Assembly (NCBI RefSeq): GCF_009914755.1
Contig: NC_060945.1
Reading direction: 5' to 3' (one strand)
Source: the human T2T-CHM13v2.0 reference genome, Homo sapiens
Length of the DNA stretch: 64,000 nt
Position numbers and translations under genes: made by a program
Notes under the pieces: generated by a model
Seen by the model: only the letters and a program-made list of their open reading frames with translations
Database searches by the model: none
Told to the model about the DNA's origin: nothing
Shown here: positions 26,601 through 38,600 of the stretch, piece by piece
Layout of the letters: every line of letters starts with the position of its first letter
Position numbering within the stretch: position 1 is the stretch's first letter

Positions 26601-29600
26601 GTCCTGGAATACTATATGAGAGACAAACATTCAGTTCACAGCAGGAGTGTTCTGGAATCCTATGTGAGGAACAAAGATTCTGACCACAGCAGCAGTGTTC
26701 TGGAATCCCATCTGAGGGATAAACATTTAGATCAGAGCAGGAGTGTTCTGGAATCTTATGTGAGGAACAATCATTCAGATCCTCGTAGCAGTGCTGTGGT
26801 ATCCTATGTGAGAGAGAAAAACACAGAAATCAGCAGCAGTCTTCTGGAATCCTATGTAAGGGAGAATCATTCAGGTCACAGCTTTGGTTTTCTGGAATCC
26901 TACGTGTGAGACAAACATTTAGACCCTTGTAGCATTGTTCTGGAATCCGATGTGAGTAAATACATTCAGAACACAGCAGGAGTGTTCTGGAGTCCAATGT
27001 GCGGGACAAACATTCAGACCCACGTATAAGTGCTGCGGAATCCTCTGTAAGGGACAAACATTTAGACCCACGTAGCAGTGTTCTTGAAGCATAAGTGAGG
27101 GACAAACACTCAGAACCCAACAGCAGTGTTCTGGAATCCTAAGTGAGGGACAAACATTCAGACCACAGCGGGAGTGTTCTGGAATCCTAAATGAGGCAGA
27201 ATAATTGAGACCCTCGTAGCAGTATTCTGGAACACTATGTAGGGATAAATATTCAGACCCCAATAGCAGTGTTCTGGAATCCTATATGAGGAAGAAACAC
27301 TCAGAACCCAACAGCAGTGTTCTGGAATCCTATGTGAGAGACAACCATTCAGACCACAGCTGAGGTGTTCTGGAATCCCATGTGAGGGATAAACATTAAG
27401 ACCCTCGTAGCATTGTTCTGGAATCTCGTGAGGAAAATACATTCAGAACACTGCAGGAGTGTTCTGGAATCCTATCAGCAGGACAAACATTCAGACCCTC
27501 GTAGCAGTGTTCTGGAATCCTATGTGAGGGCCAAACATTTAGACCCATATACCAGTGTTCTGCAATCGTACCTGAGGGACAAACACTCAGAATCCAACAG
27601 CAGAGTTCTGGAAACCTAAGTGAGGGACAAACATTCAGACCACAGCAGGGGTGTTCTGGAATCCTCTGCGAGGTAGAATAATTGAGACCCTCGTGGCAGT
27701 GTTCTTGAATCCAATGTGAGGGACAAAACTCAGAACTCAGTACCATTATTCTGGAATTCCATTTGAGGGACCAACGCTCAGACCAGAGCAGGAATGTTTG
27801 GAATCCTATGTGAAGGAGAAACATTCAGACAACAGCAGGATTGTTTTCGAATCCCATGTGAGGCAAAAACACCCAAAACACAGGAGGGGTGTTCTGGAAT
27901 GCTATGTGAGGGTCAACCATTCAGAACACAGCAGTAGTGTCCTGGAATACTATATGAGAGACAAACATTCAGCTCACAGTAGGAGTGTTCTGGAATCCTA
28001 TGTGAGGAACAAAGATTCTGACCACAGCAGCAGTGTTCTGGAATCCTATTTAAGGAACAAACACTCAGACCACAGCAGGAATGTTTTGCAATCCTATGTG
28101 AGAGAGAAATATTCAGACCACAGCAAGATTTTTCTGGAATCCGATGTAAGACACAAACACCGTGACAAAAGCAGGAGTGTTCTGGAATCCAATTTGAGGG
28201 TCAACCATACAGACCACAGCAGTAGTGTTCTGGAATCCTATGTGAGGGACAAACATTCAGACCACAGCAGCAGGGTTCTGGAATCCTATGTGAGGGACTA
28301 ACTCTCAGAACCCAGCAGCAGTGTTCTCGAATCCTACCTGAGGGACAAATATTCAGACAACAGCAGGAGTGTTCTGGAATCCTATGTGATGTACAATCAT
28401 TCAGATCCTCATAGCATTGTTCTGGAATCCTATGTGAGGTAGAAACACTGAGAACCCAATAGCAGTGTTCTGGAATCCTATGTGATGGACAATCATTAGG
28501 ACCACAGCTAGGGTGTTCTGGAATCCTGCCTGTGGTACAAACATTCAGAACCTCGTAGCATTTTTCTAGAAGCCTAATTGAGGACAATACATTGAGAATA
28601 CTGCAAGAGTGTTCTGGAGTCCTATGTGCGGGAAAACATTCAGACCCTCATAGCAGTGTACAGGAATCCTATGTGAAGGACAATCATTCAGACCACAGCT
28701 GGGGTGTTCTGGAATCCAACGTGTGGGAATAAAATTCAGAACCTTGTAGCATTTTTCTGGAATCCTATGTGAGGAAAATACTTCCGGAGCCCACCGGAGT
28801 GTTCTGGTGTCCTTTGTGCGGGACAAACAGTCAGACCCTTGTAGCAGTGTTCTGGAATCCTATGTGGGGGACAAATAATTAGACCCACGTAGCAGTGTTC
28901 TGGAATCCTATGTGAGGAGCAAACATTTGTACCACAGCAGGGGTGTTCTGGAATCCTATGTGAGGGACAAACATTCAGATGACAGAAGGAGTGTTCTGAA
29001 ATCCTATGTGAGGAACAACATTTAGACCACAGTAGGAGTGTTCTGGAATCCTATGTGAGGAACAACATTTAGACCACAGTAGGAGTGTTCTAGAATCCTA
29101 TGTGTGGGACAAACATTCAGAACCTCGTAGCAGTGTTCTGTAATCCTAGGTGAGGAATAAACATTTAGACCCATGTAGCAGTGTTCTGGAATCGTATGTG
29201 AGGGACAAACACTCAGAACCCCACAGTAGTGTTCTGGAATCCTAAGTGAGGGACAAACATTCAGTCCACAGCGGGAGTTCTCTGGAATCCTATGTGAGGG
29301 ATAAACATTCAGACGACAGCAGGAGTGTTCTGCAATCCTATGTGAAGAACATATATTTAGAAAACAGCGTTAGTGTTCTGGAATCCTGTGTGCAGGACAA
29401 ATATTCAGAGCCTTGTATCAGTGTTTGGAATCCTTTGTGACGGAGAAACCATTAGAGCCACGTAGCAGTGTTCTGGAACTGTAAGAGAGGGAAAAACAAT
29501 CAGAACCCCACAACAGTGTTCTGGAATCCTAAGTTAGGGACATTCAGTCCACAGCAGGAGTGTTCTGGAATCCTATGTGAGGGACAAACATTCAGACGGC

Positions 29601-32600
29601 AGCAGAAATGTTCCAAAACCCTATGTGAGGAACAAACATTTAGATCATAGCAGGAGTGTTATGGAATCCTATGTGAGGGACAAACATTCAGAACCTCATA
29701 GCAGTGTGCTCGAATCCTCCGTGAGGAACAAACATTTAGACCCACATAGCAGTGTTCTGGAATCGTACGTGAGGTACATACACTCAGAACCCAACAGCAG
29801 TGTTCTGGATTCCTAAGTGAGGGACAAACATTTAGGCCACAGCAGTATTGTTCTGGAATCCTATGTGAGGGACAATCATTCAGACTACAGCAGGAGTGTT
29901 CTGAAATCCTATGTGAGGAACAAACATTTCGACAACAGCGGGAATGTTCTGGAATCCTATGTGTGGGACAAACATTCAGACCCTCGTCCCAGTGTTCTGG
30001 AATCCTATATGTGGGAGAAACATTCAGACACATGTAACAGTGTTCTGGAATCATACATGAGGGACCAACACTCAGAGCACGATAGCATTGTTCTGGAATC
30101 CTAAGTGAGGGACAAGCATTCAGACCACAGGAGGAGTGTTCTGGAAACCTATGGGAGGGACAAACATTCAGACAACAGCAGGAGTGTTCTGGAATCAGAT
30201 GTTAGGAACAAACATTTGGACCACAGCAGGTTTGTTCTCTAATCGTATGGGAGGGACCATCAGTCGACAGAGCGAGTGTTCTGAAATCCTATGTGAGGAA
30301 GAAACATTTAGACCAAAGCAGGAGGGTTATGGAATCCCATGTGTGGGACAAACATTCAGACCCTCATAGCAGTGTTCTGGAATATTTTGTGAGGGACAAA
30401 CCTTTAGACACACGTAGCAGTGTTCTGGAATCATACGTGAGGGACGAACACTCAGAACCCAACAGTGTTCTGGAATCCTAAGTGAGGGACAAACATTCAG
30501 TACACAGCAGGAATGTTCTGGAATCCTATGTGAGGGACAAACATTCAGAAGACAGCAGGAGTGTTCTGAAATCTTATGTGAGGAACAAACAGACCACAGC
30601 AGGAGTGTTCTGGAATCCCATGTGAGGGAGCAACATTCAGACCTTCGTAGCAGTGTTCTGGAATCCTATGTGAGGGACAAACATTCAGCACCCAACAGCA
30701 GTGTTCTGGAATCCTAAGTGAGGGACAAATATTCAGACCAAAACAGGAGTGTTCTGGAATCCTATGTGCAGGACACACATTCGTACTCCATAGCAGTGTT
30801 CTAGAATCCTATCTGAGGGACAAAGATTTATACCCACGCAGCAGTGTGATATGAGCACAGCAGGAATGATATGGAATCCTATGTGAGGGACAAACATTCA
30901 CACCACATCAGGAGCGTTCTGGAATCCTATGTGAGGGACAAATATTCAGATGACAGCAGGAGCGTTCTGAAATCCTAAGTGAGGAACAAGCATTTACACC
31001 ACAGCAGGAGTGTTCTGAAATCCTATGTAAGGAACAAACATTTAGACCACTGCAGGAGAATTCTGGAATCCTATATGCCGGACAAACATTCAGACGACAG
31101 CAGAATGGTTCTGAAATCCTATGTAAGGAGCAAACATTTAGGCCACAGGAGGAGTGATATGGAATCCTATGTTAGGGACAAACATTCAGACCCTGGTAGC
31201 AGTGTTCTTGATTCCTATGTGAGTAACACACTTTTAGACCCAAGTGGCAATGTTCTGGAATCGTACGTGAGGGACAAACAATCAGGACCCAACTGCAGTG
31301 TTCTGGAATTCTGAGTGAGGGACAAACAGTCAGTGCACAGCAGGGGTGTTCTGCAATCCTCTGTGAAGGACAGACATTCAGACGACAGTAGGAATGTTCT
31401 GAAATCCTATGTGAGGTACAAACATTTATACCACAGCAGGAGTGTTCTGGAATTTTATGTGTGGGACAAACATTCAGACCCTCATAGCAGTGTTTTGGAA
31501 TCCTATACGAGGGAGAATCATTTAGACCCACGTAGCTGTGTACTTGAATCTTACGTGAGGGACACACAGTCAGAACCCAACAGCAATGTCTCTGGAATCC
31601 TACGTGAGGTACAAACATTCAGATGACAGCAGGAGTATTCTGAAATCATAAGTGAGGAACAAACATTTCGACCACAGCAGGAGTGTTCAGGAATCCTATG
31701 TGAGAGACAAACACTCAGACAACAGCAGGAGTGTTCTGGAATCCTACGTGAGGTTCAGTCATTCATGCCCTCGTAGCAGTGTTCTGAAATCTTATCTGAG
31801 GGAGAAACACTCAGAACCCAGTAGCAGTGCTCTGGAATCGAATGTCAGGAACAGTCATTCAGACCACAGCTGGGGTGTCCTGGAATCCTACGCGTGGGAC
31901 AAACATTCAGACACTTGTAGCATTGTTCTGGAATCCTATGTGAGGGACAAACATTCAGAACACAGCAGGAGTGTTGTTGAGTCCTACGTGCGGGACAAAC
32001 ATGCAGACTCTCGTAGCATGGTTCTCGAATCCTATGTGAGGGACAAATATTTAGACCCACCTAGCAGTTTTCTTGAATCGTACGTGAGGGACAAACACTC
32101 AGAACCCAAAAACAGTTTTCTGGAACCCTAAAGGAGGGAGAAACATTCAATCCACAGCAGGAGTATAGTGGTATCCTATGTGAGGGACAAACATTCAGAC
32201 GACAGCAGGAATGTTCTGAAATCCTTAGTGAGGAACAAACATTTAGACCACAGCAGGAGTGTTCTGGAATCCTATGTGAGGGATAAACATTCAGACATTA
32301 ACAAGAGTGTTCTGCAATCCTATGTGACGTACATTCAGACCCTCGTAGCAGTGTTCTGGAATCCTATGTGAGGGAGAAACATTCAGAACCCAGCAGCAGT
32401 GTTCTGGAATCTTATGTGAGGGACAATCATTCAGACCACAGGTGGGGTGTTCTGGATTCCTACGTGTGGGGCAAACGTCCAGACCCTCGGAGAATTGTTC
32501 TGGAATCCTATGTGAGGGACATTTAGAACAAAGCAGGAGTGTTGTGGAGTCCTATGTGAGGAAAAACTTTTAGACCCTCGTAGCAATATTCTGGAATCCT

Positions 32601-35600
32601 ATGTGAGGGACAAACATTCAGACCCTCCTAGCAGTTTTCTGGAATCCTAGGTGAGGTACAATCATTCAGAACCTCGTAGCAGTGTTCTGGAATCCAATGT
32701 GAGGGAGAAACACTCAGAACCCACCAGCAGTGTTCTGGAATCCTATGAGAGAGACAATCTTTCAGACCAATACTGGGGTGCTCTGAAATCCTAAGTGTGG
32801 GATAAACATTCAGACACTCGTAGCATTCTTGTGGAATCTTATGTGAGGGACAAACATTCAGATGACAGCAGGAGTGTTCTAAAATTTTAGGTTAGGAACA
32901 AACATTTAGACCACAGCAGGAGTGTTCAGCAATCCTATGTGAGGGACAAACACTCAGACAATTGCAGGAGTGTTCTGGAATCCTATGTGAGGTTCAGTCA
33001 TTGATACCCTCATATCAGTGTTCTGGAATCCTATCTAAGTGAGAAACACTCAGAACCCAGAGGCGGTGTTTGGGAATCGCATGTCAGGGACAGTCATTCA
33101 GACCACAGCTGGGGTGTTCTGGACCCTACGTGTGGGACAAACATTCAGACCATCGTAGCATTGTTCTGAAATCCTATGTGAGGGACAAACATTCAGAACA
33201 CAGCAGGAGTGTTCTGAAGTCCTATGTGCGGGGTAAAAGTTCAGACCCTCGTAGCTGTGTCTGGAATCCTATGTGAGGGACAAACATTTAGACCCACGTG
33301 GCAGTGTTCTTGAATCGTACCTGAGGGACAAACACTCAGAACCCAACAGCAGTGTTCTGGAATCCTAAGCGAGGGACAAAAATTCAGACCACAGCAGGAG
33401 TGTTCTGGAGTCCTATGTGAGGGACTAACATTCTGAAGACAGCAGGAGTGTTCTGTAATCCTACGTGAGGAACAAGCATTTAGAACACAGCTGGAGTGTT
33501 CTGGAATCCTATGTGAGGGACATAAATTCAGACGACAGCAGGATTATTCTGAAACTCTGTGTGAGGAACAAACATTTAGACCACTGCAGGAGTGTTCTGG
33601 AATCCTATGTGTGGGACAAACATTCAGACCCTCGCAGCAGTATTCTGGAATCCTTTGTGAGGGACAAACATTCAGAACACAGCAGGAGTGTTCTGGAGTC
33701 CTATGTGTGGTACAAATATTTCGTCCCTCGTAGCAGCGTCTGGAATCATATGTGAAGGACAAACATTCAGACCCACGTGGCTGTGTTCTGGAATCGTACA
33801 AGAAGGACAAAGACTCAGAACACAACAGCAGTGTTCTGGAATCCTAAGTGAGGAACAAACTTTCAGACCACAGCAGGAGTGTTTTGGAATCCCATGTGAG
33901 GGACAAACCTTCTGAAGACAGCAGGGGTGTTCTGAAATCCTACCTGAGAAACAAACATTTAGATCACAGCTGGAGTGCTCTGGAATTCTATGTGAGGGAC
34001 AAACATTCAGACGACAGCAAGATTGTTCCGAAATCCTTTGTGAGGAACAAACATTTAGAACACAGCAGGAGTGTTCTGGAATCCTATGTGCAAGACAAAC
34101 ATTCACAACTTCGTAGCAGTGTTCTGGAATCCTATCTGAGGGAAGAACATTCAGACCCACGTAACAGTGTTCTGGAATCCTACGTGAGGGACAAACACTC
34201 AAAACAGCAGTGTTCTGGAATCCTAAGAGAGGGACATACATTCAGTCCACAGCAGTAGTGTTGTGGAATCCTATGTGAGGGACAAAAATTCAGACGACAG
34301 CAGCAGTGATCTCAAATAATATGTGAGGAACAAACTTTTAGACCACAGCAGGAGTGATCTGAAACCCATGTGAGGAACAAACATTTAGACCACAGCAGGA
34401 GTGTTGTGGAATCCTATGTGGGGGACAAACATTCAGATCCTCGTAGCAGTATTCTGGAATCCTATGTGAGGCACAAACCTTTAGACCCATGTAGCAGTGT
34501 TCTGGAATCGTACATGTGGGACAAACACTGAGAACCCAAGAGCAGTGTTCTGGAATCCTAAGTGAGGGACAAACATTCACTCCACAACAAGGGTGCTCTG
34601 GAATCCTAAGTGAGTCACAAACATTCAGACGACAGTAGGAGTCCTCTGAAATCCAATGTGAGGAACAAACATTTATACCACAGCAGAAGTGTGCTGGAAT
34701 GTTATGTGCGGGACAAATATTCAGAAACTCAAAGCAGTGTTCTCGAATCCTATGTGAGGGAGAATCATTTCGACCCATGTATCTGTGTTCTGGAATCCTA
34801 CATGAGGGAAAAACACTCAGAACCCAACAGGAGGATTGTTCTGGAATCCTATGTGAAGTACAAATATTCAGATGACAGCAGGAGTGTTCTGAAATCCTAT
34901 GCGAGGAACAAACATTTAGACCACAGCAGTTGTGTTTGGGAATACTATATGAGGGACAAACCCTCACACAATAGCACGAGTGTTCTGGAATCCTATGTGA
35001 GGTTCAGTCATTCATACTCTCGTAGCAGTGTTCTGGAATCTTATGTGAGGGAGAAACACGCAGAACCCTGCAGCAATGTTCTGGAATCGTATGTCAGGGA
35101 CAGTCATTCACACCACAGCTAAGGTGTTCTGGAATCCAACATGTGGGACAAACATTCAGACCCTCGTAGCATTGTTCTAGAATCCTATGTGAGGGAGAAA
35201 CATTCAGAAAACAGCAGAAGTGTTCTGGAGTCCTATGTGCGGGACAAACTTTCAGACCCTCGTAGCAGGGTTCTGGAATCCTATGTGAGGGCCAAATATT
35301 AGACCCACATGGCAGTGTTCTGGATTCGTACGTGAGGGACATATACTCAGAACCAACAGCAGTGTCCTGGAATCCTAAGTGGGGGACAAACATTCAGACC
35401 ACAGCAGGATTGTTCTGAAATCCTATGTGAGGAACAAACATTGAGACCACAGCAGGAGTGTTCTGGAATCCTATATGAGGGACAAACCTTCAGAAGACAG
35501 CAGGATTGTTCTGAAATCCTATGTGAGGAGCAAACATTTAGACTACAAAAGGAGTGTTCCAGAATCCTATGTGAGGGACAAATATTTAGACCCTCGTAGC

Positions 35601-38600
35601 AGTGTTCCGGAATCCTATGTGAGGGACAAATATTTAGACCCTCGTAGCAGTATTCTGGAATCCTATGTGATGGACAAACATTTAGACCCACGTAGCAGTG
35701 TTCTGGAATCATAAGTGAGGGACAAACCTTCAGACCACAGCATGAGTGTTGTGGAATCCTATGTGAGGGACAAATATTCAGACGACAGCAGAAGTGTCCT
35801 GAAGTCCTATACGAGGAACAAACCTTTGTACCACAGCCGGAGGGTTCTGGAATCCTAAGTGAAGGACAAACATTCGGAGGACAGCAGGCATGTTCTGAAA
35901 TCCTATGTGAGGAGCAAACATTTAGAACACAACAGGACTGTTCTGGAATTCTATGTGCAGGACAAACATTCAGACCCTGATAACAGTGATATGGATTCCT
36001 ATGTGAGGCATAAACTTTTAGACCCAGGTGGAAGTTTTCTGGAACGTGAGGGGCAAACACTCAGAACCCAACAGCAGTGTTCTGGAATCGTATGTGAGGG
36101 ACTAATATTCAGTCCACAGCGGGAATGTTCTAAAATCCTATGTGACGAACACACATTCAGACCACAGCAGGAGTGTTCTGGAATCCTATGTGAGAGACAA
36201 ACATTCAGATCCTGGTAGCAGTGAAATGGATCCCTATGTGAAGTACAAACTTTTAGACCGACGTGAGAGTGTTCTGTAATCTTACGTGAGGGACAAACAC
36301 TCAGAATCCAAAAGCAGTGTTCTGGAATCCTATGTGAGGGACAATCATTCAGACCACAGCTGGGGTGTTCTAGAATCCTACTTGTGGGACAAACATTCAG
36401 ACCCTGGCAACATTGTTCTGGAATCCTATGTGAGGGATAAACATTTAGAAAACAGCAGGAGTGTTCTGGAGTCCTATGCGTGGGACAAACATTCAGACTC
36501 TTGTAGCGGTGTTCTGGAATCCTATGTGAGGGACAAACATTGAGACCCTCTTACAAGTGTTCTGGAATCCTATGTGAGGTACAATTATTCAGAACCTCGT
36601 AGCAGTGTTCTGGAATCCAATGTGAGGGAGAAACACTCAGAACCCACCAGCAGTGTTCTGGAATCCTATGTGAGGAACAATCATTCAGACCAATGCTGGG
36701 GTGTTCTGAAATCCTAAGTGTGGGACAAACATTCAGACCCTCGTAGCATTGTTCTGGAATCCTATGTGAGGGACAAACATTCAGATGACAGCAGGAGTGT
36801 TCTGAAATAGTATGTGAGGAACAAACATTTAGACCACAGCAGGAGTGTTCAGGAATCCTACATGAGGGACAAACACTCAGACAATAGCAGGAGTGTTCTG
36901 GAATCCTATGTGAGGTTTAGAAATTCATACCCTCATAGCAGTGTTCTGGAATCTTATCTGAGGGAGAAACACTCAGAACCCAGCAGCAGTGTTCTGGAAA
37001 CGTATGTCAGGGACAGTCATTCAGACCACAGCTGGGGTGTTCTGGAATCCTACGTGTGGGACAAATATTCAGACCCTCGTAGCAATGTTCTGGCATCCTA
37101 TGTGAGGGAAAAGCCTTCAGACCCACGTAACAGTGTTCTGGAATCGTAAGTGAGGGAGAAACACTCAGAACCCAACAGCAGTCTTCTGGAATCTTAAGTG
37201 AGGGACATACATTCAGTCCACAGCAGAAGTGCTGTGGAATCCTATGTGAGGGACAAACATTCAGACGACCACAGGAGTGATCTGCAATAATATGTGAGGA
37301 ACAAACATTTAGACCAGAGCACGAATGTTCTGGAATCCTAAGTGAGGGACACATATTCAGCCAACAGCAGAAGTGTTCTGGAATCTTATGTGACGGACAC
37401 ACATTCAGACCACAGCAGGAGTGTTCTGCAATCCTTTGTGAGGGACAAACATTTAGACCCACATAGCAGTGTTCTGGATTCGTACGTGTGGGACAAACAC
37501 TCACATCCCAACAGTAGTGTTATGGAATCCTAAGTGAGAGACGAACATTCAGACCAAAGCAGGAGTCTTCTGGAATCCTATGTGAGGTACAATCATTCAG
37601 ACATTCATAGCAGAGTTCTGGAATCCTATCTGAGGGAGAAACATTCAGACCAGAGCAGGAGTTTTCTGGAATCCTATGTGAGGGACAATCATTCATAACA
37701 CAGCTGGGGTGTTCTGTAATCCTACGTGTTGGACAAACATTCAGACCCTCGTAGCATTGTTCTGGAATCCTACGTGAGGGACAAATATTCAGACCAGAGT
37801 AGGAGTGTTCTGGAATCCTATGTGAGGGACAATCATTCCGACCATACCTGGGGAGTTCTGGAATACTACGTGAGGTACAATCATTCAGACACTTGTAGCA
37901 GTGTTCTGGAATCCTATGTGAGGGAGAAAAACACAGAACCCAGCAGAAATATTCTGAGATCCTATGTGAGGGAGAAACATTCGGACCTCACCAGGAGTGT
38001 TCTGGAATCATATATAACAGAGAATAATTCAGAAACTCGTAGCAGGGTTCTGGAATCATATGTGATGGACAAACATTGAGAACCTCTTAGCAGTGTTCTG
38101 GAATCCTATGTGAGGGAGAAACACACAGAACCCAGCAGAAATGTTCTGGAATCCTATGTGAGGGAGAAACATTCAGACCTCAGCAGGAGAGTTCTGGAAT
38201 CCTATGTAACAGAGAATAATTCAGAAACTCGTAGCAGTGTTCTGGAATCCTATATGAGGGATAAACATTTAGACCCACGTAGCAGTGTTCTAGAATCTTA
38301 AGTGAGGACAAACACTCAGAACTCAGCAGCAGTGTTCTGGAATACTATCTAAGGGAGAAACATTCAGACCAGAGTAGGAGTGTTCTGGAATCTTACGTGA
38401 GGTACAATCATTCAGACCTTTGTACCAGTGTTCTGGAATGCTATGTGAGGGAGAAACACTCAGAAACAAGTAGCAGTGTTCTGGAATCCTAAGTGAGGGA
38501 CAAACATTCAGACCACAGCAGGAGTGTTCTGGAATCCTATGTGATGGAGAATAATTTAGAACCTCGTAGCAGTGTTCTGGAAACCTATGTGATGGACAAA

